A stretch of 62,914 nt of DNA, the filler included, from Rhabdomonas costata (taxonomy: Eukaryota): NCBI GenBank assembly GCA_019059605.1. It is 54 parts of 54 records of this genome, joined end to end, with 100 filler letters (N's around TTAATTAATTAA, not from the genome) between each part and the next. Parts side by side here need not be neighbours in the genome. Positions count along the whole stretch, not along the records: positions 22,177 to 23,243 come from JAHMHO010030380.1; positions 23,344 to 24,409 come from JAHMHO010030381.1; positions 24,510 to 25,576 come from JAHMHO010030382.1; positions 25,677 to 26,743 come from JAHMHO010030383.1; positions 26,844 to 27,910 come from JAHMHO010030384.1; positions 28,011 to 29,077 come from JAHMHO010030385.1; positions 29,178 to 30,245 come from JAHMHO010030386.1; positions 30,346 to 31,416 come from JAHMHO010030387.1; 46 more parts are not named here. One strand, given 5' to 3'. The notes below the pieces were generated by a model that was given only the letters and a program-made list of their open reading frames with translations, was not told where the DNA came from and ran no database searches. This document shows, piece after piece, positions 23,175-35,341 of the stretch (positions within the stretch are counted from its first letter, which is position 1; each line of letters opens with the position of its first letter). The translations under genes and the position numbers were made by a program.

Positions 23175-25043
23175 CTGAACCATAAAGAAAATTGCCCCAT
23201 GTCCTTCTCCCATGCTAACACCCCCCCCAACCACACCCAACACNNNNNNNNNNNNNNNNNNNNNNNNNNNNNNNNNNNNNNNNNNNNTTAATTAATTAAN
23301 NNNNNNNNNNNNNNNNNNNNNNNNNNNNNNNNNNNNNNNNNNNGGTGCACCTCGAGATATCGTGGTGGAAACATTTTTTATTTGGCAACCTCAAAAAAGT
23401 AAGAGACCAATCTAGAGAATCACACACCAAAGACCGAAATTTAGACCAAAAAACAATCGTTCAAAATGGCTTGAAAAAGAGACTCAATCAAAAGACGGGC
23501 GAAGTTCATTTGCTTTGGGATACCAACGAGCTCAATTAATTTTTTTGTAAAACCTCTAGTAAAGTGTCTCATTTTTTGCGCAAAAAGGAACGCCAAATAA
23601 AAGCGTCATAAGTTCGCCCAATAAAAGTGTTCCACGCGATATTCCAACCGGTGCTGACATTCCACCGCACTCCCGTCGTTCGCTCGCCCGCCGACGTCCC
23701 GGGAACTCCATTCAGCTTTGCCAACCACTCAATGTACACAACGAAGCAGAGTGAGTAAGTGAGAGGCGGGGAGGGGAAGGGACAAAATATGTTTTTTTTT
23801 GAGAAAAATATCACCCTACTACTATGTATCCCAATGTATGTATGTAACCCAATGGCAAACCAACGCACCCCTTCGGCGGGAAACGGTGAGGAGCTTTGCC
23901 TTTTGGTCCGACAGCATTCTCTCTCTGTTTCTCTCTTTCTCGCGCCTATTTTCCGAACGCGCCCCCAAAGGGAAGCAAACAATCAAAAACCGTAAGCCCT
24001 AAAGGGCGTACAACATCGAAAAAGGGAGAAATGATGTAGGTGCCCCGTGCCTTTGTTTCCTTGCCCCGTGCCTCCAGCGGTGCTGAAGCAGCTCGGTGTA
24101 GAAGTGAAGGCGGCGCTGATTGGCCTGCCCTTTTCGGCGAGCAGCCTAGTTACCCACTTCCATTTCAGCCCAACCCCAGATATGCAAGCCCGTAGAACCC
24201 TCTCCGTAAACGCACTGAACCCGAAGGACAGAAGGCCGAACCCCGAACCCCGACACCAGAAGGCCAAACCCCAACGCAAACAGAACCAAGTCAGCGTAGA
24301 ACCCACTCCCAACACTACGGAAGGCCATGACCACCACACAACCCACACCACAAGAAGGAAGGCCCGAAACCCGACGCATCTATGAAGGCCGACTCTGAAC
24401 CCACACAAANNNNNNNNNNNNNNNNNNNNNNNNNNNNNNNNNNNNNNNNNNNNTTAATTAATTAANNNNNNNNNNNNNNNNNNNNNNNNNNNNNNNNNNN
24501 NNNNNNNNNTTTTGGTTTGACGGTATAAGGCGGTTATATTATATTATGTAACACCCTGTAGAATGAATAAGAGAAAAAGATTTTCAGCCTTGCTAGGGTC
24601 TTTCAGATTGATTATAATTGTTGGTGGAATCTCATTTCTTGCTGGGCATTAGCTAACTAGTGGGGCAGGAACATTTTAGTGGCCAGTCAAGTCATGCATT
24701 GTCATTGCGAAGCTTGCATAACTTAGTGTCGAGGAACGGGGTGACAGGGTTTCTTGGGTTCGTTTCGTTTCGCAGTGCCGATATGCCCTTTACCGAACCC
24801 CAAAAAATGCCCGTGCATAGACTCGGCAAGACCATAGGGGTATTCATTCAATGTGGACGATCCATTCAGAGACACAAAAAAACAGGATAGCAACTGAAAA
24901 TGGGACAACTGAGTCTGGGGATATGGAGGGGGCGTTAAACGTTCAGCATTGGTGATAGTAATGGGGTGGTGATGGTAATGGGGGTCAAACCCGACGCATA
25001 GCAATATAATCCAAGAATTTCCCATTGAGAACAGGATGCACAC

Positions 25044-25415
25044 CAGCGAGCGAACTCTTGGGAGGGCTCTGCTGCTGTGCCGCTTCCTTGTGACGAGACT
25101 CTAGGGACTGCTCCCGCCCTGAATCTGCTTTTCCACGGGAAACGGGCTCCGCCTCCTTGGGCTCCGCCAGCGAAGCGTCAGGACTTCTCCAGTGTCCAGC
25201 ATAGATTTGTTGCACTTTGGACCGGACAAAAGACATCTGCTGACTGAACATCTGTTGCCCGGGCTGCTGGTTTCTGGAGACACCTCCGGGTCCGTCCCGG
25301 CTCCCAGACGCAGGAGCAGTTGATTGACTGCGCATTGTAGGAGCTCTTTCAAGGAATGAGCAGCGCTCTTGAGGGCGGCCACTCCGTGGGGTGTTGTCGC
25401 AGTCCAAGATTGAAC
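25044..25415 (-). CDS. Hypothetical low-complexity protein exon
   Basis: A pyrimidine tract and CAG acceptor precede an open frame of ~120 codons (S/Q/P-rich) ending at a GTGTGC donor. No family recognised. Confidence 0.4.
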
Positions 25416-26843
25416 CTGAAGAGGGAGAAGCAAGCTTGAAGCAGGAGGAATTACCTAGGTACCTATGTAGAGAGGGCGGCGGTCCATGAAGTCCATTACA
25501 AGGGCTCCATAATCCTGCCCTCGTCGCCCAAACAAACCACCAGCATGGAAAATGGCTGTTGCTTCTCTCAAGCTTTNNNNNNNNNNNNNNNNNNNNNNNN
25601 NNNNNNNNNNNNNNNNNNNNTTAATTAATTAANNNNNNNNNNNNNNNNNNNNNNNNNNNNNNNNNNNNNNNNNNNNGTTGTGTTGGGCAACCGCTCCGCC
25701 CTCGCCGTTGTTGCATGCAGGCTCGCCTTCTTGCTCGGAGCAGTCAAGGTAGAAAACGATAGAATATTCCCTCACCCCCTCCTTCCCACCGGTTTCAGTG
25801 TGCAAAGGTATCCTTGTGCGAGGAGGGCGCATCCGTGAACCTGGGACGGAGCGCTCCTGTGGAGAACACGGTCTGCGGGCAGAGTCGGCGAACGGTTCCT
25901 TGGCGAGGTCACAGCTGTGGACTGGGGAGCGAAGGTGACCCGGTGGCTGGGCGGAGGGGTAGCCGGACGCACCGGCGCAGAGGGCTGTGCAGCACAACAG
26001 AGGCACAAAAATAGCACGCAGACAGCACTGCTGGCGCGAAGGGGGCCAAGTGGGAAGGGGAAGGGTGCCTGAGAGGAACTAGGCTCGGAGGATAGGTACA
26101 CCCCCGAAACTCAGAGGATGGTACTCTCCCACAAACTCCTTTCCTCTCACTACCTCCACCCCCCACCCCCACCTTACCGGTGGCGACGGCCTTGGGGTCG
26201 CGGCCTCGCGCATCGCGGTCTGCGATGGTGTGCAGTACGCCTGCGGGGAAAAGCACGGCGAGTCTTTGCTCACGCATGCCGAGGTGGCTCTTTGCTGCCT
26301 GTGCGACTGCACCACGCTGTCGAGGAAGTAAGGCGTGCTGCGAGACAAAAGGCATACGTTGGGAGTGCGAAGGAACAGAAGGTCCCACGAATTGGAAAAC
26401 ATAAGCGGCACGTTACTTATGCGATGTAGGAACGGAACCGCACTGAAAGGAAAGGAACAATGCGCTGAGGTCAGCCTGCGCGAGCAATGTCAGCGGGCAC
26501 GCAGTGCCATACGCGGCTACCTGGAGTGGTAGACCGTTTCCTTCATCAACTCGCAAGTCCGCTGAAGGTCACCCATAAGGGCCTTGCAGAACGGGTCCTG
26601 CGGCATGAGCCAAACAAACGTATGTGGTGTGTGTGTGTGTCCGTCGGCCTCTCCTGCTCTGCATCTCTGTTCTCCCTGGATGCTCCATTCTGGATCCCCG
26701 CAGCCATTTTCCCCGTCCTTTCCCTGGCCCCCAATCCCGCGTCNNNNNNNNNNNNNNNNNNNNNNNNNNNNNNNNNNNNNNNNNNNNTTAATTAATTAAN
26801 NNNNNNNNNNNNNNNNNNNNNNNNNNNNNNNNNNNNNNNNNNN

Positions 26844-27703
26844 TCCAACATATATAAATTCACGGCCCAACCACGACGTGCTATATGTTTTTGTGTCTAG
26901 TCGTTCAATTTTATTATTACTCCCTTTACACAACACAATACTAGTATTACCCATTGCACCGTTTTTAGCAACTATACGGAATGTCTGGCCATTTTTATAT
27001 TTTCCAGACACTGTAAAGGGGAATGCTGTCAATAGGGCAAAAGATCCTACAAAACAGACTGTATTTACATAATCTGGTATTGGAGTGTTAGCATTATTTA
27101 AATCTGTAATCCTAAAACCTTGTGTAAGTAGTATCTCTGAGTTGTTCATCAGGTTGAACAAATGTTGTCAGATTGTCCTTTAAAATAAATAATTCGCTGT
27201 CCATGTAGGGCATATATGGGTAAAAGTAAGTGCGTGTTTTTTTAGAACAACATAAAACGTGAAACCATTAGTAAGTTTTGACATATCGGGCATAATGATG
27301 ACTTGTCGAAAGTCAGCAGGTCTATCATTATCACAAGCGAATAAGGTTATCGTATTTTCTGGTTGTGTTTGTATTGTTTGATAACCATTTACAAATAGAT
27401 TAGTTGAGAACCAAGTTATTAATACCTGAATAAATATATTTGTTTGTGTAAGTGTTTGTGTTTTTTAGTCCATGAATTACCATTGTACACGATCACTTGA
27501 TCTTTCAATGGATTAGATATTTGGACATCTGACAAACCAACCAATGTTGTATTTAAGGTTGTATTAGTCCAAACACCAGACATATACTGTAACACTTGAT
27601 TATCAGAAGGTGAGGATATAGAGCAATCATCCAAACCGGCCAAAATTTTAATCAATGTTATACTCGTATTAATCCATTTTGAACCGTTATATTGAAAAAA
27701 ATC
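26844..27703 (-). pseudogene. Frameshifted viral fibre/spike-like structural gene (probable endogenous viral element)
   Basis: Very AT-rich and intronless. Tandem motif FQYNGSKWIN / LAGLDDCSISSPSDNQVLQYMSGVWTN / LVGLSDVQISNPLKDQVIVYNGNSWT resembles the LxDVxIxxPxxxQVLxYNGxxWxN repeat of phage and virophage-type fibres. Downstream NG(Q/F)TF modules are broken by frameshifts and stops. Confidence 0.7.
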
Positions 27704-27704
27704 A

Positions 27705-27910
27705 ACAATGGTTGCAGAAGCATTCCCACGACTCACCCTCGGTGCCTTGGGTCGCGGAGGCAAACGGCATAATCGCCAAGTGTTGAACGTTGTCATGGAG
27801 AGAATTCAGATGTGGCAGCGGGGTGAATACGCATCGCTGATCCGCAGCGCGCTGTCAGCAGAGAATCCATCGTCACACCCAAGGCCGACTAAGCCGAAGC
27901 CACCTCCGAT
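27705..27910 (+). mobile_element. Fragment of a CRE/SLACS-like non-LTR retrotransposon ORF (region upstream of RT)
   Basis: Abrupt shift to higher GC. Translation FPRLTLGALGRGGKRHNRQVLNVVMERIQMWQRGEYASLI fits the P-x-L-x-L...RGG...R-x3-W-x2-G-x4-L pattern I recall from CRE-clade elements. The RT domain is not in the contig. Confidence 0.6.
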
Positions 27911-29678
27911 NNNNNNNNNNNNNNNNNNNNNNNNNNNNNNNNNNNNNNNNNNNNTTAATTAATTAANNNNNNNNNNNNNNNNNNNNNNNNNNNNNNNNNN
28001 NNNNNNNNNNGGTTTGAGATTTCTCAGTGCTTTCTGTCTGCACGACGACCTTTTGCTCCCGATCGCCAATTATGCAACATCCTGTCATGTTATCCACTCA
28101 ATTGTTCATTCCTCCTCGGTGCTCACTGGAAGAACCGGTGCATGGGCGTGGACAAAATCTAACGAGTTTCAAGGGCCAGCCGACTGTGCGGGGGAAGCAC
28201 CCACTCAGCTACAGAGAAGCAGTGGCAGGGCGAGAGGGAAGCCGCAAGCCAATGTGAAGGGCGAAGAGGGGGGACCGAGACAGAGCAGACAGGGGACAGG
28301 AGCACGTGTATTTACAAAATGCAAGTCAGGCGAGGTGGCGCAAGACGTCCACCAAAGGAGAGACAAGAGAGGCATATGCAGGTGGGTGTTGGTGGGAGCT
28401 GAGCTTTGGGTTTCCAACCGCACAGTGGCGAGGCTAATCCGAGAGAAAGCAAGTGCGCCGGCAAAAAAAAAAAGCTGGGAGCCGCAAAGAAAACATACAG
28501 CCATGCACGAAGACACGGCACGACATTCAAAAGAAAGAAGCAAGACAAGATTCCGCGGCAATCGGCGAACATGCAGCCCATAGAGCTTTTCGCGCCTCCC
28601 AATGACACCCACAGACATCCGTCTGCCCATCGCGGCCTGAACGCGGGAAGCAGCCCCGCGCACGAAGTGAATATTTGACGTGATGACTCTAAGTGAATTT
28701 CAGTTCTGGTCCTCATCATCCTCTAGGAAAAATAACAAATCGATGAAGTTTTGGTCACCTTAACCTTCTGAGAGACCCCAGGAGTAAGCCCAGACTACAG
28801 CAACACCGAAGAGTCGACAGGACTGACTAGAAATCCGTCCGTATTTCAATTAAAATGGTAATCCACTGGTTTTGGCGGAAATGTGGAAGCGGGCGAAAAA
28901 AAACCGCTTCAGCCTGCCTTTGGAGGCACTTTCAGCGGAATGCCACTTCCGCATGCCCCCACCCGATTCCGATGCACACCTGTGTTACCCGTCCGCAGGT
29001 GTAACATCGAATTATCGCCCAATGAACCGTAAGAACCATCCTACCTTGTACCCCCCACCCCCAACCACACCCACCACNNNNNNNNNNNNNNNNNNNNNNN
29101 NNNNNNNNNNNNNNNNNNNNNTTAATTAATTAANNNNNNNNNNNNNNNNNNNNNNNNNNNNNNNNNNNNNNNNNNNNGGTGTTGGGGTGCACAGGTGTAT
29201 TTGGTGTCGGGTGTTGCATGGTTGGTGGCCTTCGGTGCATGCGTTTGTGGTGCGGGATCGGGTGCTTCTGTGTTGCAGTGGGTTGCTGGGTGTGGATTGT
29301 GCGTGATCTTTGTGGTGTAGATGGTGGTGGTGGATGCAGTGTGGTTGGGAAGTATGCGTGGATTGGTGCTGGTGGTGTTCCTTGCGGTGGGTTTTGCGTT
29401 GGGGTTGGGTGTGGATGGTATGGAGGGTATGGAGGGTGTGGAGGGTGTTGCGTTGGACGGTTGTGTTGCTGTGCAGGGTTCCTTGTTGGGTGGTGTCTCC
29501 AGGGGTGATTTAATGCTTATTGCTGTTGGGTGTGGGATTGACAACGTGTTGGGTACTTGTTTGTGTTACGGTGTGCGTTGGTGTCGTAGGGTGCGTGCTG
29601 AGCTTATGCATGGTGTGGGTATTGGCGGCTGGATTCCTTACGTGTGCGTGTGCTGGTGTTCTTCTTCTTCTTTGCGTT

Positions 29679-29955
29679 TTCGTTGTGTTTCTTCCGGATG
29701 CCGTTCATGGTGGTGATGGTGATGCTCATGGACCCACACCTCACCGCCACAACTCTGTCGTGCAGCACGGGGGAGGGCGAGTAGAGCAGATCCACACCTA
29801 TGTCAGAACAGGCGCGAACACGTGGGGCTTGACGCCCCGGAGGAGCACGACGACCAGCACCGGCACGAGCACGAGCACCATGACCCACTCCATGGATGTG
29901 GATGGCGTCGTGGATGGGTGGTGGCCGAAGGTTTCGTTGTTCTTGCTCTTCGCGT
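29679..29955 (+). repeat. Dispersed repeat family A, copy 2
   Basis: Homologous to 14281-14465, with an extra ~80-90-bp segment after 29838. Confidence 0.85.
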
Positions 29956-30407
29956 CATCGAGCTCCGGAGCTTGGGGGTTCTCCTCCACAGGAGCATGAG
30001 TACGAGGAACGCAGTGACGAGAACCATTGCGAGTGTGACGACTGAATCGCCCATCGTCCTGCGGAGCCCTTTCCCTACACTCCTTACTCCTTTACAACCA
30101 CTATCCCAACATCGGAGTGAGGACGTGATGCTATTCCTGATGCTGATGCGGTTCTGTCGGGGTGCTGTACAGCGCAAGGACTGACACACCGGTTAGGGTG
30201 ATGCCCTGACTCCGTACCACGACCACCAACGCTACCCACCACAAANNNNNNNNNNNNNNNNNNNNNNNNNNNNNNNNNNNNNNNNNNNNTTAATTAATTA
30301 ANNNNNNNNNNNNNNNNNNNNNNNNNNNNNNNNNNNNNNNNNNNNGGTGGGTGTGTGTGTGTGTGTGTCCAAGGAAAAGACACGCATTTCAGCAACACCT
30401 TTTCCTT

Positions 30408-30409
<2 letters not shown>

Positions 30410-30466
<57 letters not shown>
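30410..30466. repeat. (CA)n microsatellite
   Basis: About 28 uninterrupted CA units. Confidence 0.97.
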
Positions 30467-30470
<4 letters not shown>

Positions 30471-30715
30471 CCATGGGCACGAAGAGGTGGGGTGGCGACT
30501 GGAGGAGAATAGAGAGATGAAGAAATGAAAACACGGATACTGTACGGATACTGTCAGACAACGAAGTCGGCTCGAATTCATATTTGCGATCCAACACGCC
30601 GGTCTCCATTATGCATTAGGCTGGAGGCAACTCTGGCCCCACCAGGGAAACACAGGGGTCAGCAAGTGCCTGGTTGGGGACATAAGTTGCCCGAGTCTCG
30701 AGCATTCGCGAGACT
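30467..30715 (-). mobile_element. Dispersed repeat family B, copy 1 (SINE-like, ends in a TG microsatellite)
   Basis: The reverse complement aligns with 35086-35341 (GGCAACTTATGTCYCCAACCAG...GCCAGAGTTRCCT...GAGACCRGYGTGTT...ATATGAATTCGAGCCGACTTCG). Confidence 0.7.
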
Positions 30716-32837
30716 TCAAATTATTGAGAAAAGTCCATCTCTCCCCACAAACACACACTGCTCCAGTCTTCCCAAGAACAAAACAAGGGGAACAACAAAA
30801 GACAAACTCCTCACAAACGACCACATCCACCAACACCACAGGTGTCTCCAGATTCCTCTTTGTGTGTTCATGCAGAGCTTCGATGAGGGAACTTTCAGAA
30901 CCTTGCCAGCACCTTAACGCTGTATCCAAAACCCGGCCTTGTGGCACCGTTTTCCCTTAACCTTGTCATTAGCTCCGGGCTTAGAGTTCGTGGTCAAATG
31001 TACCCGCATCGGGACTAAAGCTGATGAGATGTAATGAGGTGGGTTGGGATTCCCACAAGCGTGAGAGATGAGCAGGGCAGTACAAACCTCGGCATCGAAG
31101 CAGGTGCTGGACACTGTCTTGCGGCGATTGGCGCGGTCGCTACGATCCACATACCTGAGCGAAAGCGAAAAGAAAAAGGCAATGGCCCTGAAACCATAAA
31201 TGTCACAGGATGTGGTACTTTCCAACAGCTCAGAAACGACCGCACGAGGGAAACTACCAGCATCGGCTAGAAATTTCAAAAATCTTCACAACCGATAAAA
31301 CGGCACTGTCAAACGCCATCCCCAACCAAAAGCCTTTCATACCAAATAAATAAATGGAGGAGGGAACCAAGAGGGGACAAGATTTCCCAGTAGCCTTTTG
31401 TGGACGAGCGAGAACTNNNNNNNNNNNNNNNNNNNNNNNNNNNNNNNNNNNNNNNNNNNNTTAATTAATTAANNNNNNNNNNNNNNNNNNNNNNNNNNNN
31501 NNNNNNNNNNNNNNNNGTGGTTGTGGCCACATGGATGCGATTACAATCCCGTTTGTTAAACACAGAACACAGTCCTCGACAGCTCGACAGGATTCATTCG
31601 TGAAAAGCAAGACATACAAACGGGATTGTAATCGCATCCATGTGGCCACTGACCACTTGTTTCCAACGTGCAATTGTCGACGGTAAAGGCAGTGGCAAAT
31701 GTTTGTGAAGAAACTAACATTGTCACGGCTTGACGGCCAAAGAGGCAGATTTCGTCAAAATGCAGGTATACGGGAGGAGCGTGCGAAGACAAGTTTTGGG
31801 GGAGCGAGTTTGAAGGAGCCACTCACCAAGAGGCGAGAGGGAAGAGAAAGCGGAAGCGAGGTAGCCAGAGAGAAGGAAATTGGGAGGTAAGCCAAGTCAG
31901 CCGAGCTGCGTGCGAGGTTGCAAGAGAAAAACGGCTAAAAAGGAGCACCGTTGCAGCCAAGGGGTGTGTGAGTGTTGCAGGGCATTGAAGTTTAGTGGTT
32001 TGGAAGACAATGTTGTGGAGATCTCATCCGAGATTTCAGGTCGGAAAGATCGAGATGAAAACAACCTCAATTTAAAGAAAATGACTTCGTAACGGTGTTC
32101 GTTACTTCGTAACAGTGTTCTTCAACGCTCCTCAGCCTCATGGTGGTCTCGTGGCGGTGATTCTTCAGTGGCCGGGGTACCTTAGCAAAGCCTCCGTGGA
32201 GGACAAATGTCAGCAAGCAAACGTCACAGCGATTTTCGGGAGCCCGGGCGGCTCGGATGCCTGGGATGAAAACGTTGTGACTGCTTTTGCATTAAATTAC
32301 TCTCCTCTCACCCATTGTAATTCCCTTCCTCCAAAACTCTTCACCACCCGCCACTCTGGCCCACCCCACCCCCATGTCCACTTCTCTTATTCTGCCTCTC
32401 GTCAGCCAGCGAGCTATGAACGAACACAAATGCGCGCACATTCGCTTTCTTACCGCTCCTGTCCCTGTCCATTTGTGCTACGGTGCTGCGCAGTGTGCGT
32501 ATGTTACTGTTTGCAGCATCGGAAACGGAACGCTTGAAACCCCGTTTGTGCGGGCATGCCCACTTGTTTCTTACACCCCCCACNNNNNNNNNNNNNNNNN
32601 NNNNNNNNNNNNNNNNNNNNNNNNNNNTTAATTAATTAANNNNNNNNNNNNNNNNNNNNNNNNNNNNNNNNNNNNNNNNNNNNGAGCTGGTGGCCCCAAA
32701 CGGGGCAATTGATGGAGTAGCAGCCTTTCGACACTTCTTAGGCGCAATTTGTACCTGGGTATGTCACATTTTATTTACTTTTTTTATATTTTTTTCGTCA
32801 TTTTTCCACCTAAGATGTCACACATGTTTTTTCACAG

Positions 32838-33157
32838 GCCCCGAACATGAGGTTTGACCCCCGCCAGCTGGCCGCCTTTGAACACCGCTACGCGAAGAAC
32901 CTTCCTGACGAAAGCAGGGTCCAGGACAAGAACAGCGACCGCTTCCTCATTTTTCGGCGGGCAGACGGTGGAAAAGGCTTCGTCGTGAGCCACTATTACC
33001 GGAGAGACTTTCCCTTCTACTCGGTGGCGGTCATGAAGCCGACGTACAGCAGGAATGGTGCTACGCCCCCGACGAGTTTCTGGACAAGGCCATTCTGGCC
33101 GAGGAGAAGCGGCTCTTGCAGGACTACGCCGCCGCACTAAGCGCTGCCCCGAGAACC
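32838..33157 (+). CDS. Hypothetical protein exon with an internal 1-nt frameshift
   Basis: CAG acceptor at 32837 and GTAAGG donor at 33158. Strong GC3 coding signal is in one frame up to ~33050 and in a shifted frame afterwards (EWCYAPDEFLDKAILAEEKRLLQDY). Confidence 0.55.
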
Positions 33158-35085
33158 GTAAGGAGGAGGCCCAAAGGGTGGATCAGTGTCAATCTTTTTA
33201 ATGTCAATATTTCTTTGAAATGTTGATATCTGCGATGCTTTCTCTTCTGTGATGCTTTCTCTTCTGTGATGCTCCCCCATCTGTGATTTTCACATTGTTA
33301 TGTTCTCCCATTTTGCTTTGGCTCTGGCTCTGGCTCTGGCTTTCCTTTGTGAACCTGGGGAGTGCGACGCTGTTGGCTGCTTGTGGCTGCTTGTGGTTGC
33401 TTGTGGCTGCTTCGTTTTGTTCCCGGGCGGGGGCTGGTGAAGGGAAAGGCGTTTTCTTCTTCTTTTTTTTTTTTTGCCTTTTTCAGGTGGCAACGGCGAC
33501 GAGCAGGACCAGCAGCAAGAACGAGGACAAGGAGAACCCGAAAGGGGAAACCCAACGGTGTTTTTCAACACCACTATTCTATGACAAAATCACCCCAAAA
33601 TTCCCCTTCCCCTGGATTGCATTTTTTGTGCACCTTTTTTTCTTCGTGTTATTCAATTTCCCTCGCGCACCCGCCCGTTGGCGATTGCCCGTCGCCTGTT
33701 CGTTCTTCAAGATGCATTTAATGCCAACCACCACAACCCCNNNNNNNNNNNNNNNNNNNNNNNNNNNNNNNNNNNNNNNNNNNNTTAATTAATTAANNNN
33801 NNNNNNNNNNNNNNNNNNNNNNNNNNNNNNNNNNNNNNNNTAATATTAACTTCACTGCCCCAAAGCTTCGCAGTGGCTGGCCGAGACACCACGACAACAA
33901 AACACTCACAGAGAGAAAGTCGAACTCTCCAGTTCACCTATGGTTAGATTTTAATTCTCAGCGTCACCATGGAAAAGTAAACAGAGTAAAGTATTACTTT
34001 CCAAGGGGCCAGGTGGTGGTCATGCTCCTAGGGAGGGATCACCTACCAACTTCCTGGGGTGCGTTGATATCTTTTCATTGCATTTACTATGCCTACTTTC
34101 TTCTTCTGCGGGTTAAATATGCCCGTTTTCAGCCTACATCTGAACAAATCGTGACCCGCTCGACCAGACCAAGGACCAGCAACAGACCGGTTTCTGAGCC
34201 AGCAGCGATTTAACGGCACCACTGGTCAGCACCATTGCCACCCGCTCCCCTCCCGAAGCACACTGAGCATTTGACTAGAAGTCTCGGGGACAGTCTCAGT
34301 GACACAGTTCACCCCGGTATGAAGGTGCGACTCCACGTCGCGCTGGTCGACGCGGCCTCACGGGTACCCTGGTCGCATGACTCTTGACAGGACGCACACG
34401 CTCACAGAAGCAATTATATTACAGATATGTGATGGAGGTTACGTACGATGATATGATGAAGAACGCATCCAATCACAAACCGTGGGGGTGCCGCTACGCC
34501 AAAGCTGAGGCTCCACCGCTCCAAACAGCTTCGGGATGACGTACGTGGTGGACTTGAAGCTCTTTCCAGGCACGGACATCGCCATTGGTTGCAAAAAAAT
34601 GTTAGGAGCCCGGGAGCAGGTTATCACGTCACATCAGAGGGCGATAGTTCAAACAAAAGTTGAAGGCTTGCTCTGGTAACAGTGAAGGGGGGGGGGAAAG
34701 GTGCTAGAGATTCGAGCGAGACCTGAGGCCCCGCCCCGATGCCCTACCGCAACCGAGAGCTAGGATGGTTTTACGAGGCGGACTGCAGACAGCGGAATTA
34801 TATCACACGTCGGGAGGGAAAAAGTCGCACCAGGGAGGATAAAAGTGCCCTGAACATCGCGATGCTCGCTGTTACACAGCCAGCATCTATAAAAGCTAAA
34901 CAAAAAANNNNNNNNNNNNNNNNNNNNNNNNNNNNNNNNNNNNNNNNNNNNTTAATTAATTAANNNNNNNNNNNNNNNNNNNNNNNNNNNNNNNNNNNNN
35001 NNNNNNNGGGGTGTGTGCCTGCGTATTTGTGTGTATGTGCACGTAGGAAGCGTCTTGTGCATGTAGTGTGTGTGTGTGTGTCTTA

Positions 35086-35341
35086 AATTCGCGACTGACC
35101 GAGACTCCAATCAGTCTTCTGGCAACTTATGTCTCCAACCAGACACCTGCTGGCCTGCTTGTTTCACAGGGGAACACCTGGTTGGAGTGATGCCAGAGTT
35201 ACCTTCATCGTAACGCCTGATCGAGACCAGTGTGTTAGACCGTGATATGAATTCGAGCCGACTTCGGCGCCTGACAGTGTTCATACCAGTGTTTACGTTT
35301 ACCCTGTACAACCAACTCAGTGTGTGTGTGTATGTGTGTGA
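35086..35341 (+). mobile_element. Dispersed repeat family B, copy 2 (SINE-like)
   Basis: Homologous to 30467-30715 on the opposite strand and flanked by TG microsatellites. Confidence 0.7.

Noticed and set aside
24190-24409. GAAGGCC/GAACCC-rich quasi-repeat
   Set aside because: A degenerate minisatellite-like stretch running into the A/C-rich contig tail, with no consistent unit or spacer structure.
29178-29650. Gly/Cys/Val-rich ORFs in a GT-rich stretch
   Set aside because: Low-complexity G/T-biased sequence is open in several frames. It is likely degraded simple sequence or poor-quality read.
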